Shown in pieces: positions 29,655 to 38,925 of a stretch of DNA of 42,692 nt. The notes beneath the pieces were generated by a model. The model saw nothing but the letters and a program-made list of their open reading frames with translations. It was not told the DNA's origin and searched no databases. Source of the stretch: Thiobacillus sp. (lineage in GTDB: Bacteria; Pseudomonadota; Gammaproteobacteria; Burkholderiales; Thiobacillaceae); contig JAIOJU010000240.1 in NCBI GenBank assembly GCA_019911765.1, positions 1-42,692 of the forward strand. The letters run 5' to 3'. Numbering within the stretch: the first letter of the stretch is position 1; every line of letters begins with the position of its first letter. The position numbers and the translations under genes were made by a program.

Positions 29655-30551
29655 TCAGTTGGCGTGGCCGGCAATAAGCACATCGCTGCTGCAATACGCC
29701 AGCACATGTTTGGTGACGCTGCCGAGCAGTAGTTCCTCCAGCGTCGACTGACCGTGCTTGCCCATGGCGATGAGGTCGACGTCGAGCGACTGTTCGTGCT
29801 CGAGGATGCGCAGGGTCGGCGCGCCGTGCACCACCATCCGCGTCAGCTGTGCGGAAGGAATGGACAGCTGCTCGACGAACTGCGCCATCGCATCGAGTGC
29901 TTCCTCGCGGGCGCGGGCGCGGTATGCATGGATCTGCTCCTCGGCAATGCTGGCGAAGCGCAGCGTGCTTTCGATCTCGACCTCGAACGCATGCAGCAGG
30001 ACGATCTCGGCATCGGGCAGCCAGCGGTGCGCGGTCTGCGCGGCCGCCACGGCATGGACCGAGAAATCGACCGGCACCAGCACGCGCCGATAGGCACCCT
30101 GCGGGCGCTGTTTGACCGCGAGCACGTGGCGGCGGGTCCTGCGCAGCACGCGTTCGGTGGTCGATCCGAGCAGGAACTCGCGCACGAAATGCGCGCCGCG
30201 CGCACCCATCACCAGCAGGTTTGCCTGCAGTTCATCAGCGAGGTCGATGATGGCATCCAGCGCCGAGCCCTGGGCGAGCCGGGTGTTGACCGGACAGGCA
30301 TGTTGCGCGCTCAGGTGGGTGGCCATATCCGTCAGGGCCTGCGCTGCTTCGGCCGCCAAGTGGGCTTCCATCGCCGGCGCCTCGTCGCGCATCACCCCGC
30401 GCAGCCGTGCCAGCATCGAGGTGCTGATCACGTGGGCCAGCGTGAGTTGCGCGCCGGGGTGTGCGGCGGCAAGTTGCGCCGCGCGTGCCAGCGCATGGCG
30501 CGCCGGGGAGGAAAAGTCGGTGGCGGCGAGTAGCGAAAGGGATGAAGTCAC
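29655..30551 (-). CDS. Tandem-domain universal stress protein
   Basis: AATDFS...MGARG...LGSTTERV and VPVDFS...MGKHG...LGSVTKHV; overlaps the CPA2 stop. Confidence 0.94.
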   Translation of the reverse strand: MTSSLSLLAATDFSSPARHALARAAQLAAAHPGAQLTLAHVISTSMLARLRGVMRDEAPAMEAHLAAEAAQALTDMATHLSAQHACPVNTRLAQGSALDAIIDLADELQANLLVMGARGAHFVREFLLGSTTERVLRRTRRHVLAVKQRPQGAYRRVLVPVDFSVHAVAAAQTAHRWLPDAEIVLLHAFEVEIESTLRFASIAEEQIHAYRARAREEALDAMAQFVEQLSIPSAQLTRMVVHGAPTLRILEHEQSLDVDLIAMGKHGQSTLEELLLGSVTKHVLAYCSSDVLIAGHAN

Positions 30552-32224
30552 GATGAGGTCTCCTGATTTTTGGTGAGTTCGGACGCGGCGATGCGCGCCG
30601 CGAGATCGAGCGCGGCAAAGTCGGCCGCCTGGTTGAACGGCAGAATGATCTCGACCCGGCCGAGCGTGCGCAGGCTGGCGGCATCAGCCTCGTCGCGTGC
30701 CACGATGGCGATCTGCCCGCTGTAGTGGTGTTCTGACAGGGCATTGAGCAGGGCATGGTTGGAAGAGCGGTCGGGTAGGGTGCTGACCACCCAAGGCACA
30801 TCCGCCAGCGGCAGCGTTTCGATGTAATCCGGCGCTTCGCCGTCGCCGAAGCGGGCATCCAGCCCGAGGTGCTGTTGCGCCCTCACCACTTCCGGGTCGA
30901 AGTCCACGCCGAGCACATGAATGCCCTGTTTGTGCAGCGAGTGCGCCAGGCGGCTGCCGTAGCGCCCGAGGCCGAAGATGGCTACGTCGGGACGCTCGCC
31001 GTCGCGGTGCGTGTGCTCGACCGCGAGTTCGCGAAAAGGATGTTTTCGCTCGAACAGACCCAGCCAGGGAGTCAGCCAGGCATACAGGTAGTGCGAGTAC
31101 AGGATCATGTAGGACGACAGTGCGATGGTGATAAGGCCGACCAGCGTGGTCAGCCCGAGCGCGCTGTCGCCGACGTGCCCGAGGCTGATGCCCATGGCGA
31201 CGAAGACGATGGAGAATTCGGAGATCTGCGCCACCGTCAGTCCGGCCAGAAAGCCCGTTCTTTTCCGGTAGCCCATGTAGCCCATGATCGCCATCACGAT
31301 CAGCGGGTTGCCGATCAGAACGAACAGCGACAGCACGATGGAGGAGGTGATTTCGTCGCCGAGGGTGGAAAAATCGAGCTTGGAACCGAGGTCGATGAAG
31401 AAGAACAGCAGCAGGAAGTCGCGGATGCTGGTGAGCCGCGCGCTGATCGCCTCGCGGTACGCGGTGGAGGCGAGCGAGAAGCCGGCGATGAAGGCGCCGG
31501 CTTCCTTGCTGAAGCCGGCGAATTCGCCGAGTGCTGCCAGCGCGGTGCCCCAGGCGATGGCGAAGATCAGCAGCAGTTCCTGCGAGCGCGCCAGGGTGCC
31601 GACGATGCGCGGCAGCAGGTAGCGCATCAGCACATACAGCAGCAGCGCGGCGCCGCCCAGGCGCGCCAGCAGGGTCAGCGCCAGGGTCATGCCGCCGACG
31701 CCTTCCTCGCCCATGCCGCCGAGCCCGCTCATCACCATCATGGCGATCACCACGGCGAGGTCCTGCACGATGAGGAAGCCGACCGCGATGCGGCCGTGCA
31801 GCGAGTCGAGCTCGCGCTTGTCGGACAGGAGCTTGACGATGATGATGGTGCTGGAAAAAGTCAGCGCCACCGCTACATAGAGCGCCTCCAGCCAGCCCTT
31901 GCCGAGCGCGAGGATGATGAAGAAGCCGAACACGATGGTGAAGCTGAGCTGCCCCAGCCCGGTGGCGAGCGCGACCGGGCCGATGTGGCGGATGTGCCTG
32001 AGGTCGAGTTTCAGCCCCACCACGAACAGCAGCACGGTGATGCCAATCTGCGCCAGCAGGTCGATCTGGTCGTGCGCCGACACCAGGGAGAAGCCCGCCG
32101 GCCCGAGCAATATGCCGACCGCGATGTAGGCGATCAGGATCGGCTGGCGCAGCCGTACCGCGATCGCCCCCAGCACGGTGGTGATGATCAGGAGCAGGGC
32201 GAATTCGTCAAAAGGCTGCGTCAT
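30548..32224 (-). CDS. CPA2 (Kef-type) cation:proton antiporter with RCK/TrkA-N domain
   Basis: RLRQP, LFVVGL, FSSTIIIVKLL, LIVQD, AQISEFS, GLGRYG...VDFDP...FGDG. Confidence 0.94.
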   Translation of the reverse strand: MTQPFDEFALLLIITTVLGAIAVRLRQPILIAYIAVGILLGPAGFSLVSAHDQIDLLAQIGITVLLFVVGLKLDLRHIRHIGPVALATGLGQLSFTIVFGFFIILALGKGWLEALYVAVALTFSSTIIIVKLLSDKRELDSLHGRIAVGFLIVQDLAVVIAMMVMSGLGGMGEEGVGGMTLALTLLARLGGAALLLYVLMRYLLPRIVGTLARSQELLLIFAIAWGTALAALGEFAGFSKEAGAFIAGFSLASTAYREAISARLTSIRDFLLLFFFIDLGSKLDFSTLGDEITSSIVLSLFVLIGNPLIVMAIMGYMGYRKRTGFLAGLTVAQISEFSIVFVAMGISLGHVGDSALGLTTLVGLITIALSSYMILYSHYLYAWLTPWLGLFERKHPFRELAVEHTHRDGERPDVAIFGLGRYGSRLAHSLHKQGIHVLGVDFDPEVVRAQQHLGLDARFGDGEAPDYIETLPLADVPWVVSTLPDRSSNHALLNALSEHHYSGQIAIVARDEADAASLRTLGRVEIILPFNQAADFAALDLAARIAASELTKNQETSS

Positions 32225-32323
32225 CGTTGTGTGCGTGATTCCTTGCGTCGATGGTTATGCTTGGCAGGTCAGAACCATGATGGCCGTCTTTATGGCCCCG
32301 GACAAGACCGGGCGTGTTCGAGT

Positions 32324-34060
32324 TCAGGGCGCATCCACCAGATGGGTCGGGATCCGCAGGCCCACCTGCCTGATGCGGCCGTCGACGATCGCGCGCACCA
32401 CGAATTCCAGTTTGCCCAGACGGACGCGGTCGCCGACCACGGGTACGCCGGGCAGCTTCCTGGTAACAAACGCCTCCAGCGTCAGGTCCGACATTTCCGG
32501 CGGCAAGGGCAGGCCGTATTGCGCGGCGACATCCGACATGATCGATTCGCCGTTCAGGATGAAATCGCCGTAGAACTGACGCTTGTCGAGATAGGCAGGT
32601 GCGCGGGGCGCTGCCAGCAGATCGCCGAGCGCGGTGCTGTCCGCTTCATTGGCCAGGACGTAAAGCGTATCCCCGGCGGCCAGTTCGCCGGCCGCATCCG
32701 GCACCAGCGCCAGGCCATCGCGCAATACGGTCAGCAGGCGCGCTTCTCCGGGCAGGCGCAGCGCGCTGGCGTGGCGGCCGATGAACTGGCCGTCCGCCTT
32801 AAGCCGGTAGCCAAAAAAGGCATGGCCGCCGGTCGGGGCTGACGCGAGGTCGAAGCGTTCGGTCGGCGTCGGCGCAGGCGGAACCTGAAGCCGCAGGCGG
32901 CGGGCCAGTGCGGGGATGGTCCATCCCTGCGCGGTCAGCGAGATCAGCACCACGAAGAAGGCGACATCCAGAATCAGTTCGGCCTCGGGGATGCCTGCCA
33001 GCAGCGGGAACAGCGCAAGAATGATCGGCACCGCGCCGCGCAGCCCGACCCATGCGATGAACACCTGCTCGCGCCACGGAAAGTGAAACGGCAGCAGGCA
33101 CAGTGCCACCGCCAGCGGCCGCGCGACGAACATCAGCACCAGTGCGATCGCCAGCGCGCCGGGCGCATGCTCGAGCAGATCGCTGGGACTGGCGAGCAGA
33201 CCCAGCATGAGGAACATGGCGATCTGCGCCAGCCAGACCAGGCCGTTGTGCACCTGCAGGATGTTGGTCGATTCGCGCGGCGCGCTGTTGCCCACCACCA
33301 CGCCCGCCAGATAGGCAGCGAGGAAGCCGCTGCCGCCCAGCACCGTGGTGAGGCTGTAGAGCGCAAGGCCGCCGGCGAGGACCAGCATGGGATACATGCC
33401 GCGCTCCAGCGGCAGGCGGTTGACCAGCCGCACCAGCAGCCAGCCGCCGCCGAGGCCGGCGACGAGGCCCATGCCCATTTGCTGGATGAGCAGTCCGAGC
33501 GTTTCCCAGCCGGGCGTGCTTTGACCCGAAAGAATCAGCTCGATGAGGGCAATGGTGAGCAGCGCCGCCATCGGATCGTTGCTGCCGGATTCGATTTCCA
33601 GCGTGGCGGACACACGCTGCTTCAGCGCCAGGCCCCTGGCGTGCAGCAGGGCAAACACGGCGGCAGCGTCGGTGGAGCCCACCACGGCGCCGACCAGCAT
33701 GCCTTCGAGCAGGCCGAAATCGAGCATCCAGGCGGCGAACAGGCCGGTCACCACGCAGGTAATGAGCACGCCGACGGTGGCCAGCACCGACGCCGGACGC
33801 AGGCCGGCGCGAAAGCTGTCGGAACGGGTGTTGAGGCCGCCGTCGAGCAGGATGACGGCGAGCGCGACGCTGCCCACGGTGTAGGCGATGCCGCTGTCGT
33901 CGAACAGGATGCCACCCGGACCGTCTTCCCCGGCCAGCATGCCGACTGCCAGGAACACCAGCAGCAGCGGCATGCCGATGCGGTACGACAGGGCGCTGGC
34001 GAGGATGGCCAGCAAAAGCAGCACCGCGCCGGCGAGAACGAGCTGATTGAAAAAGTCCAC
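32324..34060 (-). CDS. cvrA: CPA1 K+/H+ antiporter CvrA/NhaP2
   Basis: GMPLLLVFL, GEDGPGG, GSTDAAAVF, EIESGSNDPMA, WVGLRGAVPIILA, C-terminal TrkA-C/CorC-like domains; GTG start 34060 with AAGGT RBS. Confidence 0.93.
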   Translation of the reverse strand: MDFFNQLVLAGAVLLLLAILASALSYRIGMPLLLVFLAVGMLAGEDGPGGILFDDSGIAYTVGSVALAVILLDGGLNTRSDSFRAGLRPASVLATVGVLITCVVTGLFAAWMLDFGLLEGMLVGAVVGSTDAAAVFALLHARGLALKQRVSATLEIESGSNDPMAALLTIALIELILSGQSTPGWETLGLLIQQMGMGLVAGLGGGWLLVRLVNRLPLERGMYPMLVLAGGLALYSLTTVLGGSGFLAAYLAGVVVGNSAPRESTNILQVHNGLVWLAQIAMFLMLGLLASPSDLLEHAPGALAIALVLMFVARPLAVALCLLPFHFPWREQVFIAWVGLRGAVPIILALFPLLAGIPEAELILDVAFFVVLISLTAQGWTIPALARRLRLQVPPAPTPTERFDLASAPTGGHAFFGYRLKADGQFIGRHASALRLPGEARLLTVLRDGLALVPDAAGELAAGDTLYVLANEADSTALGDLLAAPRAPAYLDKRQFYGDFILNGESIMSDVAAQYGLPLPPEMSDLTLEAFVTRKLPGVPVVGDRVRLGKLEFVVRAIVDGRIRQVGLRIPTHLVDAP

Positions 34061-34409
34061 GTGGATTACCTTGGGGCGATGTAGAAGTGGGATTGCGGCG
34101 ACGGATCGGTGCTTTGCCAATTTTCACCGCGCCATATCAGCGATAATACCGAAAATGAAAATACTCTCCCAAGTTGCCGCGACAGACGGGGCAGGGGAGG
34201 GATTCAGCAACGCCACGGCGCACACATCGACTCCGCCGCCTTCGGCAATGGCGAGGGTTTTTCGTCCGGCTAGCCAAGGACGCAATGCCCGTAACCAAGG
34301 GTCCGCATGAATACGAACTTGACTGCCTTCGATACCCGTCACTTGGCGGGTAAGTGCGCTGCGCACCCGATGACACGTCTGGTCGAACCCCGCAAGGGGC
34401 TCCGATTCA

Positions 34410-34628
34410 CTACGAGCTAAAGCCCGTGTGGGATCGTGTGCGCCTGCCTTTGTCGCTCATGCTGCCGAGGCCACTCATGACCATCATCGCAATGACGGCT
34501 GCGAGGTCCTGCACGATGCCGACAATGATGTAGCTCACCCAAAGGGGCTGACGCAGGCGCACGGCCAACGTCCCCACAAATGCAGAGACGGCGAGCAGCA
34601 GGGCGAATTTCTGGTAGATGCTGTCCAT
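34410..34628 (-). pseudogene. Internally deleted, truncated relic of a CPA2 antiporter paralog
   Basis: FALLL...AVRLRQP...YIIVGI is joined directly to VQDLAAVIAMMVMSGLG; aligns to residues 1-38 and 153-~175 of the 30548-32224 protein. Confidence 0.85.
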
Positions 34629-34880
34629 ATATTTTAGAAGCGGATGCTTGGCGACATGGCTGCGGACCTTGCATCCTGCACGGCCCTGTGCCCACCATTA
34701 CAGTGGCGACAGCAGCATGGTACTCTGTAATAGAAGCGTTTCAGACCGTTGGTGTGGCCAAGTATTCATGATGGCATCGCATGCTGCGCAATGGCGGTCA
34801 GGCGCATGGAGCTTCCCGGTTGAAGAACCCATTCAGGGTGCGTATGCGCACAAAGAAACGGAGCCGAATTTTCGATCTTC

Positions 34881-35897
34881 ATGCAAGACATGCTTTCCAT
34901 CTGGCTTTCTCTTTTTGCCTCTCTGGCCGTCATCGGATTTGCGGGAGTGAGGCTGTCGCGCTATGGCGATATCATCGCCGAGAAAAGCGGCATCAGCCGC
35001 GGCTGGGTGGGCCTGATCATGCTGGCCACGGTCACCTCGCTGCCGGAGCTGGCGACCGGTGTGTCCTCGGTCACGGCTGCCAACGTGCCGGATATCGCCG
35101 TGGGCGACATCATGGGCAGTTGCGTGTTCAATCTGTTGATCATCGTGGTGCTGGATTTTCTCTACCGCAAGGAATCCGTCTATACACGAGCACGCCAGGG
35201 CCACGTCCTGTCAGCCGGCTACGGCATTGCGCTGATCGGCTTCGCCGGCTTCAATTTGCTGCTCTACCGCACGGGGACATTTCCCTCGCTTGGTCATGTC
35301 GGTCTCTACACGCCGGTCATCCTGCTCCTGTATCTGCTGGCCATGCGCTCACTCTACCGCTACGAGCATGCAAAAGTCAGCGAGTATGTGGAAGACCGGG
35401 TCGAACTGCATCCCGACATGAGTTTGAAGCAGGCGGTGCGCGGCTACGCGATGGCCGCCGTGGTGGTGGTGGCAGCCGGCATCTGGCTGCCGTTTATCGC
35501 CAAGGACCTGGCCGAGGTGATGGGGTGGGGACAGAGCTTCGTCGGCACGCTGTTTGTCGCCGCGGTCACCTCCGCACCCGAAGTCGTGGTCACGGTGGCT
35601 GCCCTGCGTCTGGGGGCGGTGGATATGGCCATCGGCAACCTGTTCGGCAGCAATCTTTTCAATATTGCCATCCTGGCGGTCGATGACCTGTTTTACCTGC
35701 AGGGTCCTCTGCTGGCCGATGTCTCGATCACTCATGCCACGTCGGCCTTCTCGGCCATGATGATGAGCGGACTGGCCGTGGTCGGCCTGGTGATCCGGCC
35801 CGTTTCGCGTGTCTTGCGCAGTGTGAGCTGGATCAGCCTGCTGTTGTTCGTCATTTATTTGCTGAACACCTTGTTCCTCTACCTCTATGGAAACTGA
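34881..35897 (+). CDS. CaCA family Na+/Ca2+ (cation) exchanger, YrbG-like
   Basis: Alpha repeats ATVTSLPEL...GDIMGSCVFN and AVTSAPEV...GNLFGSNLFN. Confidence 0.92.
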   Translation: MQDMLSIWLSLFASLAVIGFAGVRLSRYGDIIAEKSGISRGWVGLIMLATVTSLPELATGVSSVTAANVPDIAVGDIMGSCVFNLLIIVVLDFLYRKESVYTRARQGHVLSAGYGIALIGFAGFNLLLYRTGTFPSLGHVGLYTPVILLLYLLAMRSLYRYEHAKVSEYVEDRVELHPDMSLKQAVRGYAMAAVVVVAAGIWLPFIAKDLAEVMGWGQSFVGTLFVAAVTSAPEVVVTVAALRLGAVDMAIGNLFGSNLFNIAILAVDDLFYLQGPLLADVSITHATSAFSAMMMSGLAVVGLVIRPVSRVLRSVSWISLLLFVIYLLNTLFLYLYGN

Positions 35898-38559
35898 ATC
35901 CAGAAACTGGCATGCGCTTTCGACCAGGGATGCTGCTGACGAACTGAATGTCGTTCCAGCGCAGGGCCTGAGTTCGGATGCGGCTGCCGAGTGTCTGGCG
36001 CGCCTGGGCGAGAACAAGCTTGCCGAAGCCAGGGCAAAGCCGCTTTGGCTGAAATTCCTCGATCAGTTCAAGAACTTTCTGGTCATCGTTCTGATGTTCG
36101 CGGCGGCTCTGGCGTGGGCCATCGGCGACCTGAAGGATGCGGTGGTTATTCTGATCGTCGTCGTGTTCAACGCGGGACTGGGGTTTTATCAGGAGCACCG
36201 GGCTGAGCAAACCCTGGCAGCCCTGAAGGGTATGCTGGCGGCCCATGCACGTGTGCGGCGTGACGGACGGGTATCCGATCTGGATGCGGCACAGCTTGTT
36301 CCGGGTGACATCGTGCTGCTTGAAGCGGGTGACCGCGTCCCTGCAGACGGGCGCCTGCTGGCTGCACACGCACTGGAAGTCGATGAAGCGGCACTGACCG
36401 GCGAGTCGCACGCGGTGGGCAAATCGACCGCGGCGTTGGATGAGCCTGACCTGCCGCTGGGCGACCGCGTGAACCTGCTCTACATGAATACGGTCGTCAC
36501 GCGCGGGCGTGCCGAACTGCTGATCACCGCCACCGGCATGGCGACCGAAATGGGCAAGCTGGCGGACATGATCGCAGCCGCGCCCGATTCGGGCACGCCG
36601 CTGCAAAGACAGCTCGACACGCTGGGCAAAAAGCTCGCTGTGTTTGCGGGCATGGTGGTGACGCTGATTTTCATCCTCGACTTCGCGCGTGGCCTGCCGT
36701 GGACGGACGCGGCCCTGACCGCCGTGGCGCTGGCGGTGGCGGCCATCCCTGAAGGCCTGCCGGCCGTGGTGACGGTGACGCTTGCCATCGGCATGTGGCG
36801 CATGGCCAGGAACCGGGCGATTCTGAAGAAGCTGTCGGCGGTGGAAACACTGGGATCCACCACGGTGATCTGCTCTGACAAGACCGGCACGCTGACCCTG
36901 AACCAGATGACCGCACGCGCCGGATGGTGTGCGGGCAGCCGCTTTACCGTGAGTGGTGAAGGCTATGTGCCCCAGGGTGAAATCCATTTTGAGCAACCCG
37001 TGCAGGACCCGCGCGCCTTCTTCCTGCCGATGGCGCTGTGTACCGAATCGCGGGTGCGCGACGGACAGTTGATTGGCGACCCCACTGAAGGCGCCTTGTG
37101 GGTGCTGGCGCAAAAACATGGCATCGAACCGGAATACGAGCAGGACGAGCAGCCGCGCATCGCCGAGATTCCCTTCGATTCGGCGCACAAGTTCATGGCG
37201 ACCTTCCACCATGCCGGTGAAACCGTGGAGATGTTCATCAAGGGCGCGCCCGATGTGCTGCTGGCGCGTTCGAGCTCCTGGCTTGCGGCGGAGGGGGAAG
37301 CCGCTCTGAATGACGAAAGCCGAAACGCCATCGAGGCCGAGAACGCGCATCTGGCAAGCCAGGCCCTGCGCGTGCTGGCGGTGGCACGGCGGATCATCCC
37401 GGCGCACGATTTCGACCCGGCCGGCGATCTGATGACGTGGGCAAAGGATTGGGTGTTCCTGGGGGTGGCCGGCTTGATGGACCCGCCTCGTGCCGAGGCA
37501 AAACAGGCCATTTCCCACTGCAAACACGCCGGCATCCAGGTCAAGATGATTACCGGCGACCACAAGCTGACAGCCGCTGCCATCGGCCACGAACTGGGAC
37601 TGAAAGGCGACGTGATCAGCGGTGCGGAACTGGACACCATGGATGAGGCCGAACTGGCGCGGCGCATCAACCATATCAGCGTATTCGCTCGCGTATCGCC
37701 CGCGCACAAGGTCAAGATCGTCAAGGCCTTGCGCGCCGATGGCCACGTAGCCGCCATGACCGGCGACGGCGTCAACGATGCCCCCGCGCTGAAAGCCGCC
37801 GACATCGGCGTGGCGATGGGCATCACCGGCACCGCGGTGACCCGGGAGGCGGCCACCATGGTGCTGACCGACGACAACTTCGCCACCATCGTTCGCGCGG
37901 TCGAGGAGGGACGCGTGGTCTACGACAACATCGTCAAATTCGTGCGCTTCCAGTTGTCCACCAACATCGGCGCGATCATGACCGTGCTGGCGGCCACGCT
38001 GCTGGGCATGCCCACGCCCTTCACCGCCATCCAGTTGCTGTGGATCAACATCATCATGGACGGCCCGCCCGCCATGACGCTGGGCATCGAACCCGCCCGC
38101 CCCGGCATCATGCACGAGAAGCCGCGCCGCCAGTCGGCACAGATCCTCACTTTCAACCGCCTGGCGCGGCTGATCCTGTATGGCGCAACCATGATGGTCG
38201 GGACGCTGCTTCTGTTCCACTACGGGTTGGGCACGGGGGATCCGGCTTATGCATTGACCCTGGCTTTTACCACCTTTGTGCTGTTCCAGTTTTTCAATGT
38301 GTTCAATGCGCGGATGGAGTTCGGTAGTGCGTTCAATAGTAATTTTTTCAGGAACGGCAAGCTGTGGTTGGCGCTGACGAGTGTGCTCGCCTTGCAGGTG
38401 ATTGCCGTGTATTGGGCTCCTGCCCAGACCCTTTTTGGCACGACAGATTTGCAGTTGGAAGATTGGCTGCTGGCAGCTTTGGCCGCATCCAGCGTGCTGC
38501 TCCTGGACGAAGTGCGCAAAGTGTTGATGCATGCCGGACGACGTATTCGATATCGATAA
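35887..38559 (+). CDS. P2-type cation-transporting ATPase (SPCA/PMR1-like Ca2+/Mn2+)
   Basis: LTGES, AIPEGLP, DKTGTLT, KGAPD, MITGD, TGDGVNDAPAL, WINIIMDGPPA; overlaps the CaCA gene by 11 bp. Confidence 0.95.
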   Translation: METESRNWHALSTRDAADELNVVPAQGLSSDAAAECLARLGENKLAEARAKPLWLKFLDQFKNFLVIVLMFAAALAWAIGDLKDAVVILIVVVFNAGLGFYQEHRAEQTLAALKGMLAAHARVRRDGRVSDLDAAQLVPGDIVLLEAGDRVPADGRLLAAHALEVDEAALTGESHAVGKSTAALDEPDLPLGDRVNLLYMNTVVTRGRAELLITATGMATEMGKLADMIAAAPDSGTPLQRQLDTLGKKLAVFAGMVVTLIFILDFARGLPWTDAALTAVALAVAAIPEGLPAVVTVTLAIGMWRMARNRAILKKLSAVETLGSTTVICSDKTGTLTLNQMTARAGWCAGSRFTVSGEGYVPQGEIHFEQPVQDPRAFFLPMALCTESRVRDGQLIGDPTEGALWVLAQKHGIEPEYEQDEQPRIAEIPFDSAHKFMATFHHAGETVEMFIKGAPDVLLARSSSWLAAEGEAALNDESRNAIEAENAHLASQALRVLAVARRIIPAHDFDPAGDLMTWAKDWVFLGVAGLMDPPRAEAKQAISHCKHAGIQVKMITGDHKLTAAAIGHELGLKGDVISGAELDTMDEAELARRINHISVFARVSPAHKVKIVKALRADGHVAAMTGDGVNDAPALKAADIGVAMGITGTAVTREAATMVLTDDNFATIVRAVEEGRVVYDNIVKFVRFQLSTNIGAIMTVLAATLLGMPTPFTAIQLLWINIIMDGPPAMTLGIEPARPGIMHEKPRRQSAQILTFNRLARLILYGATMMVGTLLLFHYGLGTGDPAYALTLAFTTFVLFQFFNVFNARMEFGSAFNSNFFRNGKLWLALTSVLALQVIAVYWAPAQTLFGTTDLQLEDWLLAALAASSVLLLDEVRKVLMHAGRRIRYR

Positions 38560-38579
38560 CTCGCGATATCGATAACTCG
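38548..38579. repeat. Perfect 16-bp tandem duplication spanning the ATPase stop codon
   Basis: CGATATCGATAACTCG CGATATCGATAACTCG. Confidence 0.9.
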
Positions 38580-38925
38580 CCGCAGCCTGGCTTGCGAGGC
38601 TTGATATTTTTGTGCAAAAATTAAATGAAGTTAATTCATCATTGTCGTGATGACCGCCGGATGGATCGGCGGAATGCATATCGTCATCCTGTATGACGTC
38701 ACCTCGACGGGTTTGGTTTTTTCCGTCAGCTTGTTTTCCTCGGACATTCGCCGCAGTTTGCGGCCATCCAGCGTCGGCATATTTCAGGTAAGCAGGCAGT
38801 TGAAATGAACTGAGTGCGGTTGCCGCTGGCTGGCCGGTTCCAGGTATGGCGTTGGACGAAACGGCCAGCTTTTTTCAAGACGCCCCCTTGCGGCGTCCCC
38901 TTTGTTGAAAGCGAGAGGTTAAGTC

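Noticed and set aside
30869-32842. 657-aa plus-strand ORF, and similar long ORFs at 5752-7224, 21501-22739 and 33083-34084
   Set aside because: Antisense to well-supported genes; no recognisable domains.
34810-34855. Possible Na+/Li+/fluoride/Mn2+ riboswitch upstream of the cation transporters
   Set aside because: Only a loose GGTTG...GGTGC resemblance; I could not match a full consensus by eye. An Rfam scan would be decisive.
35851-38679. 942-aa minus-strand ORF
   Set aside because: Antisense shadow of the P-type ATPase; expected from GC-rich codon bias; no motifs of its own.
38808-38870. Hammerhead-like fragments (CTGAGTG ... GGACGAAAC)
   Set aside because: No CUGAnGA core or three-stem junction; explained as a simple hairpin.
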